A stretch of DNA of 64,000 nt from NCBI GenBank assembly GCA_035604155.1, contig DATNJA010000240.1:3080-67079 (forward strand), in the 5' to 3' direction. Source of the DNA: Candidatus Udaeobacter sp. (GTDB lineage: Bacteria > Pseudomonadota > Alphaproteobacteria > Dongiales > Dongiaceae). Of the stretch, positions 43,205 through 51,779 are shown piece by piece. Each line of letters opens with the position of its first letter. The stretch's first letter is position 1. The notes beneath the pieces were generated by a model. The model was not told where the DNA came from, made no database searches, and worked only from the letters and a program-made list of their open reading frames with translations. A program made the translations under genes and the position numbers.

Positions 43205-43281
43205 CGGAGCGTGGCGCAGCCTGGTAGCGCACCAGCATGGGGCGCTGGGGGTCGCGGGTTCAAATCCCGCCGCTCCGACCA
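43205..43281 (+). tRNA. tRNA-Pro (anticodon GGG), CCA encoded
   Basis: Manual cloverleaf: acceptor CGGAGCG/CGCTCCG, D-arm GCGC-AGCCTGGTA-GCGC, anticodon arm CCAGC-ATGGGGC-GCTGG, T-arm GCGGG-TTCAAAT-CCCGC, then ACCA. Confidence 0.93.
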
Positions 43282-43354
43282 TTTCCTCACGGATGTGCCG
43301 CCAAGGAAACGCCGAATCCTCCTGGGCGCGAAGCGCTCGGGACCGGCGCAGGTT

Positions 43355-43378
43355 TGCCGCTCAGGCAGCGGCATTTTG
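43355..43378 (+). terminator. Possible intrinsic terminator after tRNA-Pro
   Basis: TGCCGCT-CAGGC-AGCGGCA followed by TTTTG. Short stem and short T-run. Confidence 0.45.
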
Positions 43379-43436
43379 CATCTACGTCAAGCCCAGGCGG
43401 GAATCTCGGCCGCGAGCCCGCTGCCGAGATCAGAAC

Positions 43437-43736
43437 CTAGTTTCCAGCGGCGATGGCGCGGCCGGCGGCGGTGAGTTTGCAGACCAGCCAGTCCGGCTTC
43501 AGCGGATTGGCGAACCAGGGCTCGGCCCAGCCCTGAGCAATGCAGCTGCGCACGGTTTGGTCGTTCACCCGCTGACCCCAATTGTCGAACAGGGGGAGCT
43601 TGCCGCCGGGCTGACTGAGGCCGCGGCGAAGCCACTTGAGCTGCGCCGGGGAAGGGGACGAATGCTGGTCGGCAGTCGGCGCCCGATCGCGCGGTGTCTC
43701 GCTTCTGGCAGGCAACGCATTCCCCATGTGCTTCAT
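43437..43736 (-). CDS. Hypothetical small protein (no family recognised)
   Basis: 99-aa ORF with GC3-rich codons. A disordered N-terminus is followed by a Trp-rich segment (LKWLRRGLSQPGGKLPLFDNWGQRV..GWAEPWFANPLKPDWL). Hairpin ATCTCGGC (43403-43410) / GCCGAGAT (43423-43430) just past the stop. Confidence 0.4.
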   Translation of the reverse strand: MKHMGNALPARSETPRDRAPTADQHSSPSPAQLKWLRRGLSQPGGKLPLFDNWGQRVNDQTVRSCIAQGWAEPWFANPLKPDWLVCKLTAAGRAIAAGN

Positions 43737-43905
43737 AGTAAGTCAAAGGATTCGCTCCGAGAAGGCGAAATCTCAACGATAATTGGGAATCTGCCCCCAA
43801 GGACGTCAGTCCCAAAGTCGATCTTTATTGGTCCTGCGGTATCGCGCCCGGTTCTGGGCCGGACATCGAGCGCCGCGCCAGAGAAATCAGCCCCATATCA
43901 ATGAC

Positions 43906-43934
43906 TTGCCACATAGACTCGTATTTTCCATAAT
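43906..43934 (+). promoter_or_regulatory. Candidate sigma70-type promoter for mazG
   Basis: TTGCCA (43906-43911), 17-nt spacer, CATAAT (43929-43934) in the most AT-rich patch of the window. Followed by inverted repeat ATGCG-N5-CGCAT (43942-43956). Confidence 0.4.
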
Positions 43935-44025
43935 ATACATTATGCGATATACGCATCGGCTGGCAGACAGCTGCTGGGGCACCGGGATATGCTGCTCGGG
44001 TCCTCCCTCATCGCCCGAGCCCGTC

Positions 44026-44886
44026 ATGCAGCAGCCCGACACCCGACCAATCGAGGCCGACGTCCTTCACGATTCAACCCGCCCGTTTGAGCGTCTCGTT
44101 GCGATCATGGCCCGGCTGCGCGACCCGGTCCGGGGTTGCCCCTGGGACGTTGAGCAGACCTTCGCCACGATCGCGCCCTACACCATCGAAGAGGCGTACG
44201 AGGTCGCCGACGCCATCCAGCAAGGCGACCTTGGTTCGCTCTGCGAAGAACTTGGCGATCTCCTGCTGCAGGTCGTCTTTCATGCTCGCATGGCCGAGGA
44301 AGCCAGCGCATTCGCCATCGAGGACGTAGCTCGGGCCATCGGCGACAAGATGATCGCCCGCCATCCCCATGTGTTCGCCGATGCCACCGTCGCCGGCGCG
44401 GGAGCCCAGTCCCTGGCCTGGGAAGCCCAGAAGGCAACCGAGCGCAAGACCAAGGCCATGGCGGCAGGCCGTCGAGCCGGCGCGCTGGACGGCGTCCCGA
44501 CAGGGCTGCCCGCTCTCACCCGCGCCATCAAGCTTCAGAAGCGCGCGGCACGGGCGGGTTTCGACTGGCCGGCCGAGGCCGCGGTCGGGCAAATCAAGGA
44601 AAAGCTCGCCGAGGAGCTCGCCGAGATCGAGGCCGCGCGCCTCGGCGGCAGCCGGCCAGCCATAGAAGACGAATGCGGCGACCTTCTGTTCGTCTGCGTC
44701 AATCTGCTGCGCCATCTGGACATCGACCCGGAAACCGCCCTCAGGAGCACCAATGCCAAGTTCGAGCGGCGTTTCCGGGCGGTGGAAGCCAAGATGGCCG
44801 ATGAGGGCATTGCAGACCTGGCCGAAGCAGGCCTCGACCGGCTCGAAGGCGCTTGGCAGGCCGTCAAGGCGGACGAGCGACAATAA
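44026..44886 (+). CDS. mazG: Nucleoside triphosphate pyrophosphohydrolase MazG
   Basis: Start at MQQPDTRPIE. LRDPVRGCPWDVEQTF..I.PYTIEEAYEVADAI and the EELGDLLLQVVFH motif, plus a second MazG repeat (ECGDLLFVCVNL). Confidence 0.92.
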   Translation: MQQPDTRPIEADVLHDSTRPFERLVAIMARLRDPVRGCPWDVEQTFATIAPYTIEEAYEVADAIQQGDLGSLCEELGDLLLQVVFHARMAEEASAFAIEDVARAIGDKMIARHPHVFADATVAGAGAQSLAWEAQKATERKTKAMAAGRRAGALDGVPTGLPALTRAIKLQKRAARAGFDWPAEAAVGQIKEKLAEELAEIEAARLGGSRPAIEDECGDLLFVCVNLLRHLDIDPETALRSTNAKFERRFRAVEAKMADEGIADLAEAGLDRLEGAWQAVKADERQ

Positions 44887-44888
44887 GG

Positions 44889-45452
44889 ATGACGGTAGCC
44901 GGCGGCCATGATCTCGTCGTCGGAGGCAGCGGCATGCTGTCTCAGCTATGCGTCGAACTTGCCCGCGCCGGCCGAGAAGTCTCGGTGATTGCGCGCGATG
45001 TCGCACGCCTTCAACGGCTGGGCGAATTGGCGCCCGGCATCCACCCCATTTCCGCCGACTACACCGACGCCGAGGCGCTTCAGCGAGCGCTCGGCGCTGC
45101 CGCCCGCCGGGCAGGCGCCATCAAGCGGGCCGTCTGCTGGATCCATGACACGGCGCCCGCGGCGCCGCTCGCCATCGCCGCCCATGTCGGCAGCGTCTAT
45201 TGCCACGTACTGGGCAGCGCCGCCGCCAATCCCGCCGCGCCAGAGATACTTGCCCGCTGGCGCGCGCAGTTCGCCCTGTTGCCGGGCTTGGACTACCGAA
45301 TTGCCGTGCTGGGATTCATGCGGAACCGTTCGACGGGCAGCTCGCGCTGGCTGACCGATGGTGAAATATGCCAGGGCGTCGGCCAGGCTCTCGCCATGGG
45401 CGGGTCAGTCTCCATCGTCGGCGCGGTAGAACCCTGGTCGGCGCGGCCCTGA
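44889..45452 (+). CDS. Short Rossmann-fold (atypical SDR-like) protein, function unknown
   Basis: Start at MTVAGGHDLVVGGSGMLSQL (GxxGxxG-like). 187 aa. Starts 2 nt after the mazG stop. Confidence 0.55.
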   Translation: MTVAGGHDLVVGGSGMLSQLCVELARAGREVSVIARDVARLQRLGELAPGIHPISADYTDAEALQRALGAAARRAGAIKRAVCWIHDTAPAAPLAIAAHVGSVYCHVLGSAAANPAAPEILARWRAQFALLPGLDYRIAVLGFMRNRSTGSSRWLTDGEICQGVGQALAMGGSVSIVGAVEPWSARP

Positions 45453-45468
45453 GGCCCCTTCCCGCCCG

Positions 45469-46338
45469 TCAGTCGTTGGCCAGGAGATGCATAAGGCTCG
45501 AGGTGTCCCAACGCCTGCCGCCGCGCGCCTGCACCTGGGCGTAGAACTGGTCGACAAGGGCCGTGGCCGGCAGGCGTGCGCCGTTGCGCTTGGCCTCGGC
45601 GAGACAGATCGCGAGATCCTTGCGCATCCAGTCCACGGCAAAGCCGAAATCGAACTTGCCGGCGAGCATGGTGTGGGCGCGATTGTCCATCTGCCAGCTC
45701 TGGGCGGCGCCCTTCGAGATGGTCTCGATCAGCTTCTGACCGTCGAGCCCGGCGCGAGCGGCGAAATTCATGCCTTCGGCAAGGCCCTGCAGCAGACCGG
45801 CGATGCAAATCTGGTTCACCATCTTGGCAAGCTGCCCTGCCCCGTTCGGTCCCAAGAGCACGCAGGCCCTGGCGTAGGAATCGATCACCGGCTTCGCTCT
45901 CTCGAATATCTCGGGCATGCCGCCCGTCATGACCGTAAGCTTGCCGTTCTCGGCCCCCGCCTGGCCGCCGGAGACGGGCGCGTCTAGGAAAGCCACACCC
46001 GCGCTCGCCGCCTCTTCGGCGAGTTCGCGCGCAAGCTCAGCCGATGCGGTGGTGTGGTCGATCAGCACGGCGCCCTTGCCCATGCCGGCGAGCGCACCGG
46101 ACTTGCCATGGACGACGCTGCGTACGTCATCGTCGTTGCCGACGCACACGAAAACGAACTCCGCCCCATGGGCCGCTTCGGCGGGGCTCGCGGCCGCCCG
46201 GCCGCCATGCTTGGCGATCCAGGCCGCCGCCCGCGCGCCCGTCCGGTTGAACACGACGACCTCGTGGCCTTTGGCCTTGAGATGCCCGGCCATGGGGAAC
46301 CCCATCACGCCGAGGCCTATGAAGGCGGTCTTCGCCAT
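45469..46338 (-). CDS. NAD(P)-dependent beta-hydroxyacid dehydrogenase (3-hydroxyisobutyrate dehydrogenase family)
   Basis: MAKTAFIGLGVMGFPMAGHL dinucleotide fold, DAPVSGG and GAGQLAKMVNQ motifs. Confidence 0.88.
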   Translation of the reverse strand: MAKTAFIGLGVMGFPMAGHLKAKGHEVVVFNRTGARAAAWIAKHGGRAAASPAEAAHGAEFVFVCVGNDDDVRSVVHGKSGALAGMGKGAVLIDHTTASAELARELAEEAASAGVAFLDAPVSGGQAGAENGKLTVMTGGMPEIFERAKPVIDSYARACVLLGPNGAGQLAKMVNQICIAGLLQGLAEGMNFAARAGLDGQKLIETISKGAAQSWQMDNRAHTMLAGKFDFGFAVDWMRKDLAICLAEAKRNGARLPATALVDQFYAQVQARGGRRWDTSSLMHLLAND

Positions 46339-46357
46339 GCCGGACTCCTCCCTTGCT

Positions 46358-47173
46358 TCACGGTTCGATCAAACGGTCGTACAGTGCCTGCCAGCTCGGC
46401 CGATCGGGCGCCACCAGCAGCGCCGGCGCCGTGATCCGATCCGGACGGTAGCTGCCGCCGTCCGCATAGGCGTTGTATCCGCCCGCCTCGCCATGGATCA
46501 AGACTCCTGCTGCGTGATCCCAGGGCATCAATTTGGTGAACAAGGCGAAATGCATCTCGCCGCTGGCGACGCGCAGGTACTCCGAAGCGGCACAGCGCCG
46601 GCTCTTGAGGGCGCGCACGCTCTCGCGGCGCTGTTGCACCCGCCGGCCCAGCTCCTGATCGCCATAGAAGCCGGCCAGCAAGACGCCGCTCAGTTGCGCC
46701 GGATCGACGGGCGCAGCCGCAACGCCGAGGCGGCCACCGTTCATCCAGGCACCGGAACCGGCCTCGGCCGTGGCCATGCGGCGGCCGACCGGATCGTAGA
46801 TCCAGCCGGCCACACCTTGCCCGCCGGCGACCAAGGCCACCATCACGCCGAAGTCGCCTTTCGCCTGGGCGAAATTCGATGTCCCATCTACGGGGTCGAT
46901 GATCCAAACGGGATCGTCGGTCGTCAGCCTGTGCAGGACGGTGCCGTCGTGCGCCGCGGCTTCCTCGCCAACGACGACGGAGCCGGGAAGCAGATCTTGC
47001 AGCAGAGCGGTCAACCGATGCTCCATCGCCTCGTCGGCGACGGTGACGAGGTCGCCGGGTCCCTTCTCCCGCACGTCGCCGGCAGCGAGCTTGGCGTAGC
47101 GCGGCATGATCTCTTCGGCGGCGGCCTCGGCGATGAGGCTGGACACCCGGTCGATGTCGACGGCAACGCTCAT
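46358..47173 (-). CDS. Inositol monophosphatase family protein
   Basis: WIIDPVDGTSNF and WDHAAG motifs. 4-nt overlap with hflX. Confidence 0.88.
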   Translation of the reverse strand: MSVAVDIDRVSSLIAEAAAEEIMPRYAKLAAGDVREKGPGDLVTVADEAMEHRLTALLQDLLPGSVVVGEEAAAHDGTVLHRLTTDDPVWIIDPVDGTSNFAQAKGDFGVMVALVAGGQGVAGWIYDPVGRRMATAEAGSGAWMNGGRLGVAAAPVDPAQLSGVLLAGFYGDQELGRRVQQRRESVRALKSRRCAASEYLRVASGEMHFALFTKLMPWDHAAGVLIHGEAGGYNAYADGGSYRPDRITAPALLVAPDRPSWQALYDRLIEP

Positions 47174-48468
47174 GCTTGGCGTTGCATGCGCTCGAAGCGC
47201 GCTCGTTCCTCCGGCGTCAGGCTGACCGTGAGATAAGAGAATTTCTCGTCGTCGCGGCGCTCCAGCACCGTACCATGGCTGTAGAGCCAGGCGATCGCTC
47301 CGCCGTCGCCATGCTGCATGCGATAACGGGTGACGTTCCGCCCGCTGGCAAGCCGCTTGTCGATCTCCGTCAACAGCGCCTCGACCCCCTCCCCCGTCAG
47401 GGCCGAGACCGGCAGCCGGTCGCCATCGCGGGACTGCACGAAGAGTGCTGCCCGTGCTTCGGGCGTCAGAAGATCGATCTTGTTCAAGAGTTCAATCGGG
47501 CCCTGGCTGCCACCCGTTGGAATCTCGAGATCCTCCAAGACGCGGGCCACATCCGCCGCCTGGGCCGCGCTATCCGGATGGGCAGCGTCGCGGACGTGGA
47601 GGATGAGATCGGATTCGACGACTTCCTCCAGCGTTGCCCGGAAGGCCGCCACCAGGTCGGTCGGCAGATCGGAGATGAAGCCGACGGTGTCGGAGAGCGC
47701 GATGCTGCGCCCCGAGGGAAGCTTCAGTGTCCGGATGGTCGGATCGAGGGTGGCAAAGAGCTGATCCCGGGCGGTCACGGTCGAGCGGGTGAGCGCATTG
47801 AACAGGGTCGACTTGCCGGCGTTGGTGTAACCGACCAGGGCCACCACCGGCAGCGGCACGCGTTTGCGCCCCTTGCGATGAAGGCCACGGGTGCGCTTCA
47901 CGTCCTCCAGCTCCTTCTTCAGCTTGGCGATCCGTTGCTCGATCAGGCGCCGGTCGATTTCGAGTTGGCTTTCGCCCGGGCCGCCCAGGAAGCCGAAGCC
48001 GCCGCGCTGGCGCTCAAGATGGGTCCAGGATCGCACCAGCCTGCTGCGCTGATAGCTGAGCGCGGCCAGCTCGACCTGCAGCTTGCCTTCCGCCGTGCGG
48101 GCGCGGGCACCGAATATTTCGAGGATGAGTCCCGTCCGGTCGATGACCTTGCAGTTCCATGATTTCTCGAGATTGCGCTGCTGCACGGGCGAGAGCGGCC
48201 AATCGATCACGGCGAGCCCGATTTCCTCAGCGGCGATCAACTGCTTGAAGTTCGCCACCGAGCCGCTGCCCAGCAGTGTCGCCGGCCGCGGTTCGGCAAC
48301 GCGAATAGCCTCGCCATGGGCGACATCGAGTTCGATCGCCCGGGCAAGTCCGACTGCCTCGGCAAGCCGGGCTTCCGGCGCGCGCGGGCCACCGGGCTTG
48401 CCGCGAAGGCTCGGGCTGAGGACGAGAGTGCGCGTGGCCGGCGCGGGCGCGGCCCTGGCGTCAGTCAT
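47170..48468 (-). CDS. hflX: GTPase HflX
   Basis: HflX N-terminal domain plus G-domain (VALVGYTNAGKSTLFNALT, SDTVGFI, NKID). Confidence 0.95.
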   Translation of the reverse strand: MTDARAAPAPATRTLVLSPSLRGKPGGPRAPEARLAEAVGLARAIELDVAHGEAIRVAEPRPATLLGSGSVANFKQLIAAEEIGLAVIDWPLSPVQQRNLEKSWNCKVIDRTGLILEIFGARARTAEGKLQVELAALSYQRSRLVRSWTHLERQRGGFGFLGGPGESQLEIDRRLIEQRIAKLKKELEDVKRTRGLHRKGRKRVPLPVVALVGYTNAGKSTLFNALTRSTVTARDQLFATLDPTIRTLKLPSGRSIALSDTVGFISDLPTDLVAAFRATLEEVVESDLILHVRDAAHPDSAAQAADVARVLEDLEIPTGGSQGPIELLNKIDLLTPEARAALFVQSRDGDRLPVSALTGEGVEALLTEIDKRLASGRNVTRYRMQHGDGGAIAWLYSHGTVLERRDDEKFSYLTVSLTPEERARFERMQRQA

Positions 48469-48504
48469 CGACGCCTGTTGTTCGTCATAGCCGGGGAGAT
48501 TTCC

Positions 48505-48756
48505 TCATTCTGCTTCCTCTTCCTTCACGCCCTCGAAGAGCTGGATCGGCGTAGCCGGCATCACCGTCGAGATGGCGTGCTTGTACACCAGTTGCGAATG
48601 GGCGTCGCGGCGCAGCAGCACCGAGAAATTGTCGAACCAGGTGATGATGCCCTGAAGCTTCACCCCGCTGATCAAATAGACCGTCACCGGCGTCTTGTTC
48701 TTGCGCACGTTGTTGAGGAAAACATCCTGCACATTCTGAGTCTTGGCGGTGGTCAT
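48505..48756 (-). CDS. hfq: RNA chaperone Hfq
   Basis: [56 protein letters not shown]. Confidence 0.97.
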   Translation of the reverse strand: MTTAKTQNVQDVFLNNVRKNKTPVTVYLISGVKLQGIITWFDNFSVLLRRDAHSQLVYKHAISTVMPATPIQLFEGVKEEEAE

Positions 48757-48836
48757 CGGATCCCTCCTTTCTTGGCCTTATTGTGGGGCCCGTTGAGCGA
48801 ATGCGGCCGGCTCCGTGTCGGCGCGGCGCTTGCCTA

Positions 48837-49511
48837 TCATAGAATCACGGCTGGCAAAACCCCGACATCGCTGAGGTGCTGACCGAGACCGGCGCAGTCG
48901 GCCAGATGCAGAGCCGGCGGACAAAGGGCGAACTCGCCGGGCGCCTGAGGCTCGCGCCGGAGCAGCACCGGATGGCAGCCGGCATTGATGGCGCAAACCA
49001 TGTCGATATCGGCATCGCCGACGAACCAGACATCGGAATCCCGGGCGATGCCGCTGCCCTCGAGAGCCAGGTCGACAGGCGCCACATCCGGCTTGTCGGC
49101 CGGCGCGTCGGCGGCGCCGATCAGCTGCGCGAAATGGCCGGTCCAGCCCAGCCGCTCAGCCTCCAGGCGCAAGAACCGTCCGCGCTTGTTGCTGACCACG
49201 GCAAGGTAGACGCCGCTTCGCGCGAGGCCGGCCAGAAGCGCGCCCGCCCCCGGCATCTCCGCCAGGCTCTCCAGGTGGCGCGCGGCGAAATGATCGGTGA
49301 AGATGCGCCCGGCCTCCTTGGCACGTTCTCCAAAAAGGCGAGGAAAACCGTCGCGCAGTGAGGCGCGCGTGCGGGCCTTGGTTTCCGCCAGGGTCCAGCC
49401 GGGCATATCGAAGGCCGCGAAGACGGCATTCATCGCCTCGGCGATCACCGCCCAATTGTCCACCAGCGTATTGTCCCAGTCGAACAGGATGGCGCGCGGA
49501 CGCGGCGTCAT
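48837..49511 (-). CDS. HAD-superfamily hydrolase (phosphoglycolate-phosphatase-like)
   Basis: Start at MTPRPRAILFDWDNTLVDN (DxDxT). VVSNK and GDADIDM motifs. 4-nt overlap with the upstream aminotransferase. The rest of the 492-aa track ORF is an alternative frame. Confidence 0.8.
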   Translation of the reverse strand: MTPRPRAILFDWDNTLVDNWAVIAEAMNAVFAAFDMPGWTLAETKARTRASLRDGFPRLFGERAKEAGRIFTDHFAARHLESLAEMPGAGALLAGLARSGVYLAVVSNKRGRFLRLEAERLGWTGHFAQLIGAADAPADKPDVAPVDLALEGSGIARDSDVWFVGDADIDMVCAINAGCHPVLLRREPQAPGEFALCPPALHLADCAGLGQHLSDVGVLPAVIL

Positions 49512-50365
49512 GCCGACTGCCTCTCGACATAGGCGATGATCCGCCGACGCAGTTCCCGCGTCACCGGCCCGACGCGCCCGTCTCCCACGGCAACCCCATC
49601 GATCCGCGTGACCGGGAGGAGAAAGCTGCTGCTGCTGGTGAGGAATGCCTCGCGCGCCGCATGGGCTTCGGCCACGCTGAAGGCTCGCTCCGCGAGGCGT
49701 GCGTCGAGGCCCTCGAGCAGACCGAGGAGCGAGCCGCGCACGATGCCCGCCAGGATGCCGGTGTCCAGCGGCCGCGTCACCAGCTCGCCGGCAGTTGTTA
49801 CGATCCAGGCATTGGTGCTGGTGCCTTCGGTGACGAAGCCGTTGGCGTCCACCTGCCAGGCTTCGAAGGCACCCCGCTCTACCGCCCCCTGTTTGCCCAG
49901 TATGTTGGCCAGCAGCGATACCGACTTGATGTCGCTGCGCCGCCAACGGATGTCCGGCGTGGTGACCACGGCTACACCGTTCTCCAGCTGCTCGCGCGGC
50001 ACATCCTTCAGACGCTTGGCGGTGGCCACCAGGCTGGTCCGGACCGTGGCCGGAAACTTGTGGTCGCGCGGCGCCACGCCGCGGGTGGCCTGGAAATAGA
50101 CGAGCCCGTTGGCGATTCCGTTTCGCGCCAACAGCTCGCCCAGCACCAGATAGAGAGCCGCGCGCGACATCGGGGCCGCGATGCGGAGCGCCTTCAGCGA
50201 GCGTTCGAAACGGTCGAGATGGGGGCCGGAATCGATCAGCCTGCCGCGATGGACGTGGATGACCTCGTAGACGCCGTCGGCAAACTGGTAGCCCCGATCC
50301 TCGATGTGGACGCATGCGGCACCATGCGGCAGGTAGCGGCCGTTGACATAAGCGATGCGGGGCAT
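49508..50365 (-). CDS. dat: Class IV aminotransferase (D-amino-acid transaminase type)
   Basis: IEDRGYQFADGVYEV, the ...YFQATRG... segment, and EGTSTNAW. Confidence 0.85.
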   Translation of the reverse strand: MPRIAYVNGRYLPHGAACVHIEDRGYQFADGVYEVIHVHRGRLIDSGPHLDRFERSLKALRIAAPMSRAALYLVLGELLARNGIANGLVYFQATRGVAPRDHKFPATVRTSLVATAKRLKDVPREQLENGVAVVTTPDIRWRRSDIKSVSLLANILGKQGAVERGAFEAWQVDANGFVTEGTSTNAWIVTTAGELVTRPLDTGILAGIVRGSLLGLLEGLDARLAERAFSVAEAHAAREAFLTSSSSFLLPVTRIDGVAVGDGRVGPVTRELRRRIIAYVERQSA

Positions 50366-50372
50366 CGAAGGG

Positions 50373-51779
50373 CTAGGCCTCGCCCCTTTCCGACCGGTCG
50401 GCGGAGGTAATGCCGAGCGCGCGGAGCTTGCGGTGGAGGGCCGAGCGTTCCATGCCGATGAAGGCCGCCGTCTTCGAGATGTTGCCGCCGAAGCGGCTTA
50501 CCTGAGCGTCGAGATAGCGGCGCTCGAACACTTCGCGCGCCTCGCGCAGAGGCAGCGACATCATCTCGGCCCCATCGTTGCCGCGCAGAGGCGATGGCGC
50601 GATGGCGCCGATGTCCGGCGGCAGCATGTCGGAGCGGATCGCCTCTCCCGGATCGCCCGGCGCCATGATCAGCAGCCAATCGACGACGTTGCGGAGCTGG
50701 CGCACGTTGCCCGGCCAGTCATAGGCCTGCAACCAGGCGAGTGCGTCGGGACCGATGCGCCGCGCCGGCAGGCCTGCGATCTCCGCCGAGCGAGCCATGA
50801 AATACTCCAGCAGGAAAGGGATGTCCTCGCGCCGTTCGCGCAGGCTCGGCATCCGGATCGGGACCACGTTCAAGCGATAGAACAAGTCCTGACGGAAGCG
50901 GCCGGCCTGCATCTCGCCAGCCAAGTCCCGGTTGGTCGAAGCGATCACCCGCACGTCGACCTCGACCCTCGTCGCCCCGCCGACGCGCTCGAAGGTCTGC
51001 TCCTGGAGAACGCGCACGATCTTGCCCTGGGTCTCCAACGGCATGTCCGCCACTTCGTCCAGCAGCATCGTGCCGCCATGGGCCTGCTCGAGAGTGCCGA
51101 CCTTGGTCGGCCCATCGGCCCTGTCGCCCGTACTTTCGCTGCCGAACAGCTCGACCTCCAGCCGGTCGGCCCGCATGGCGGCACAGTTGATGACGATGAA
51201 GGGGCCGGTGCTGCGCTTCGAGCGTTGATGAAGAAGGCGGGCGATGACCTCCTTGCCGCAGCCCGGCGGGCCGGAAATCAGCACCCGGCTGCCGGTTGGC
51301 GCCACGCGTTCGATCTGTTGGCGCACATGGGCGACGGACGAGGATTCCCCGAGCAGGTCGTCCTCCGGCCCGAGCCGGCTGCGCAGCTCCTCGTTCTCGC
51401 GCCGGAGGCGAGCCGCTTCCATCGCCCGCTCGACGATCAGCATCAGGCGATCGGATTTGAAGGGCTTCTCGATGAAGTCGTAGGCGCCGAGCTTGATCGA
51501 CTGCACCGCGGTCTCGATGTTGCCGTGCCCGCTGATCATGACCACCGGAAGTCCGGGGTGCTCGCGCTTGATGACGGCCAAGGTCTCCAGCCCATCCAGG
51601 GTGCTGCCCTGCAGCCAGATGTCGAGAATCACCAGAGTCGGACGCCGGGCGCGGATCGCCTCCAGAGTGCCGTCGCTGTTGGCCGCCTCGCGCGTGTGGT
51701 AGCCCTCGTCGCGTAGAATTCCCGCGATCAGAAGCCTGATGTCGGCCTCGTCGTCGACGATCAAGATGTCATGCGCCAT
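50373..51779 (-). CDS. ntrX: Response regulator NtrX (receiver plus AAA+ plus HTH)
   Basis: ILIVDDEADIR receiver, GPPGCGKE Walker A, C-terminal Fis-type HTH. Position immediately after ntrY. Confidence 0.92.
   Translation of the reverse strand: MAHDILIVDDEADIRLLIAGILRDEGYHTREAANSDGTLEAIRARRPTLVILDIWLQGSTLDGLETLAVIKREHPGLPVVMISGHGNIETAVQSIKLGAYDFIEKPFKSDRLMLIVERAMEAARLRRENEELRSRLGPEDDLLGESSSVAHVRQQIERVAPTGSRVLISGPPGCGKEVIARLLHQRSKRSTGPFIVINCAAMRADRLEVELFGSESTGDRADGPTKVGTLEQAHGGTMLLDEVADMPLETQGKIVRVLQEQTFERVGGATRVEVDVRVIASTNRDLAGEMQAGRFRQDLFYRLNVVPIRMPSLRERREDIPFLLEYFMARSAEIAGLPARRIGPDALAWLQAYDWPGNVRQLRNVVDWLLIMAPGDPGEAIRSDMLPPDIGAIAPSPLRGNDGAEMMSLPLREAREVFERRYLDAQVSRFGGNISKTAAFIGMERSALHRKLRALGITSADRSERGEA

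Noticed and set aside
43143-43904. A 253-aa ORF spanning tRNA-Pro, and the idea of a genomic island integrated at the tRNA.
   Set aside because: The ORF runs through the tRNA gene and is low-complexity. There is no integrase, excisionase or direct repeat of the tRNA 3' end, and no extended low-GC block downstream. mazG and the following genes are core genes.
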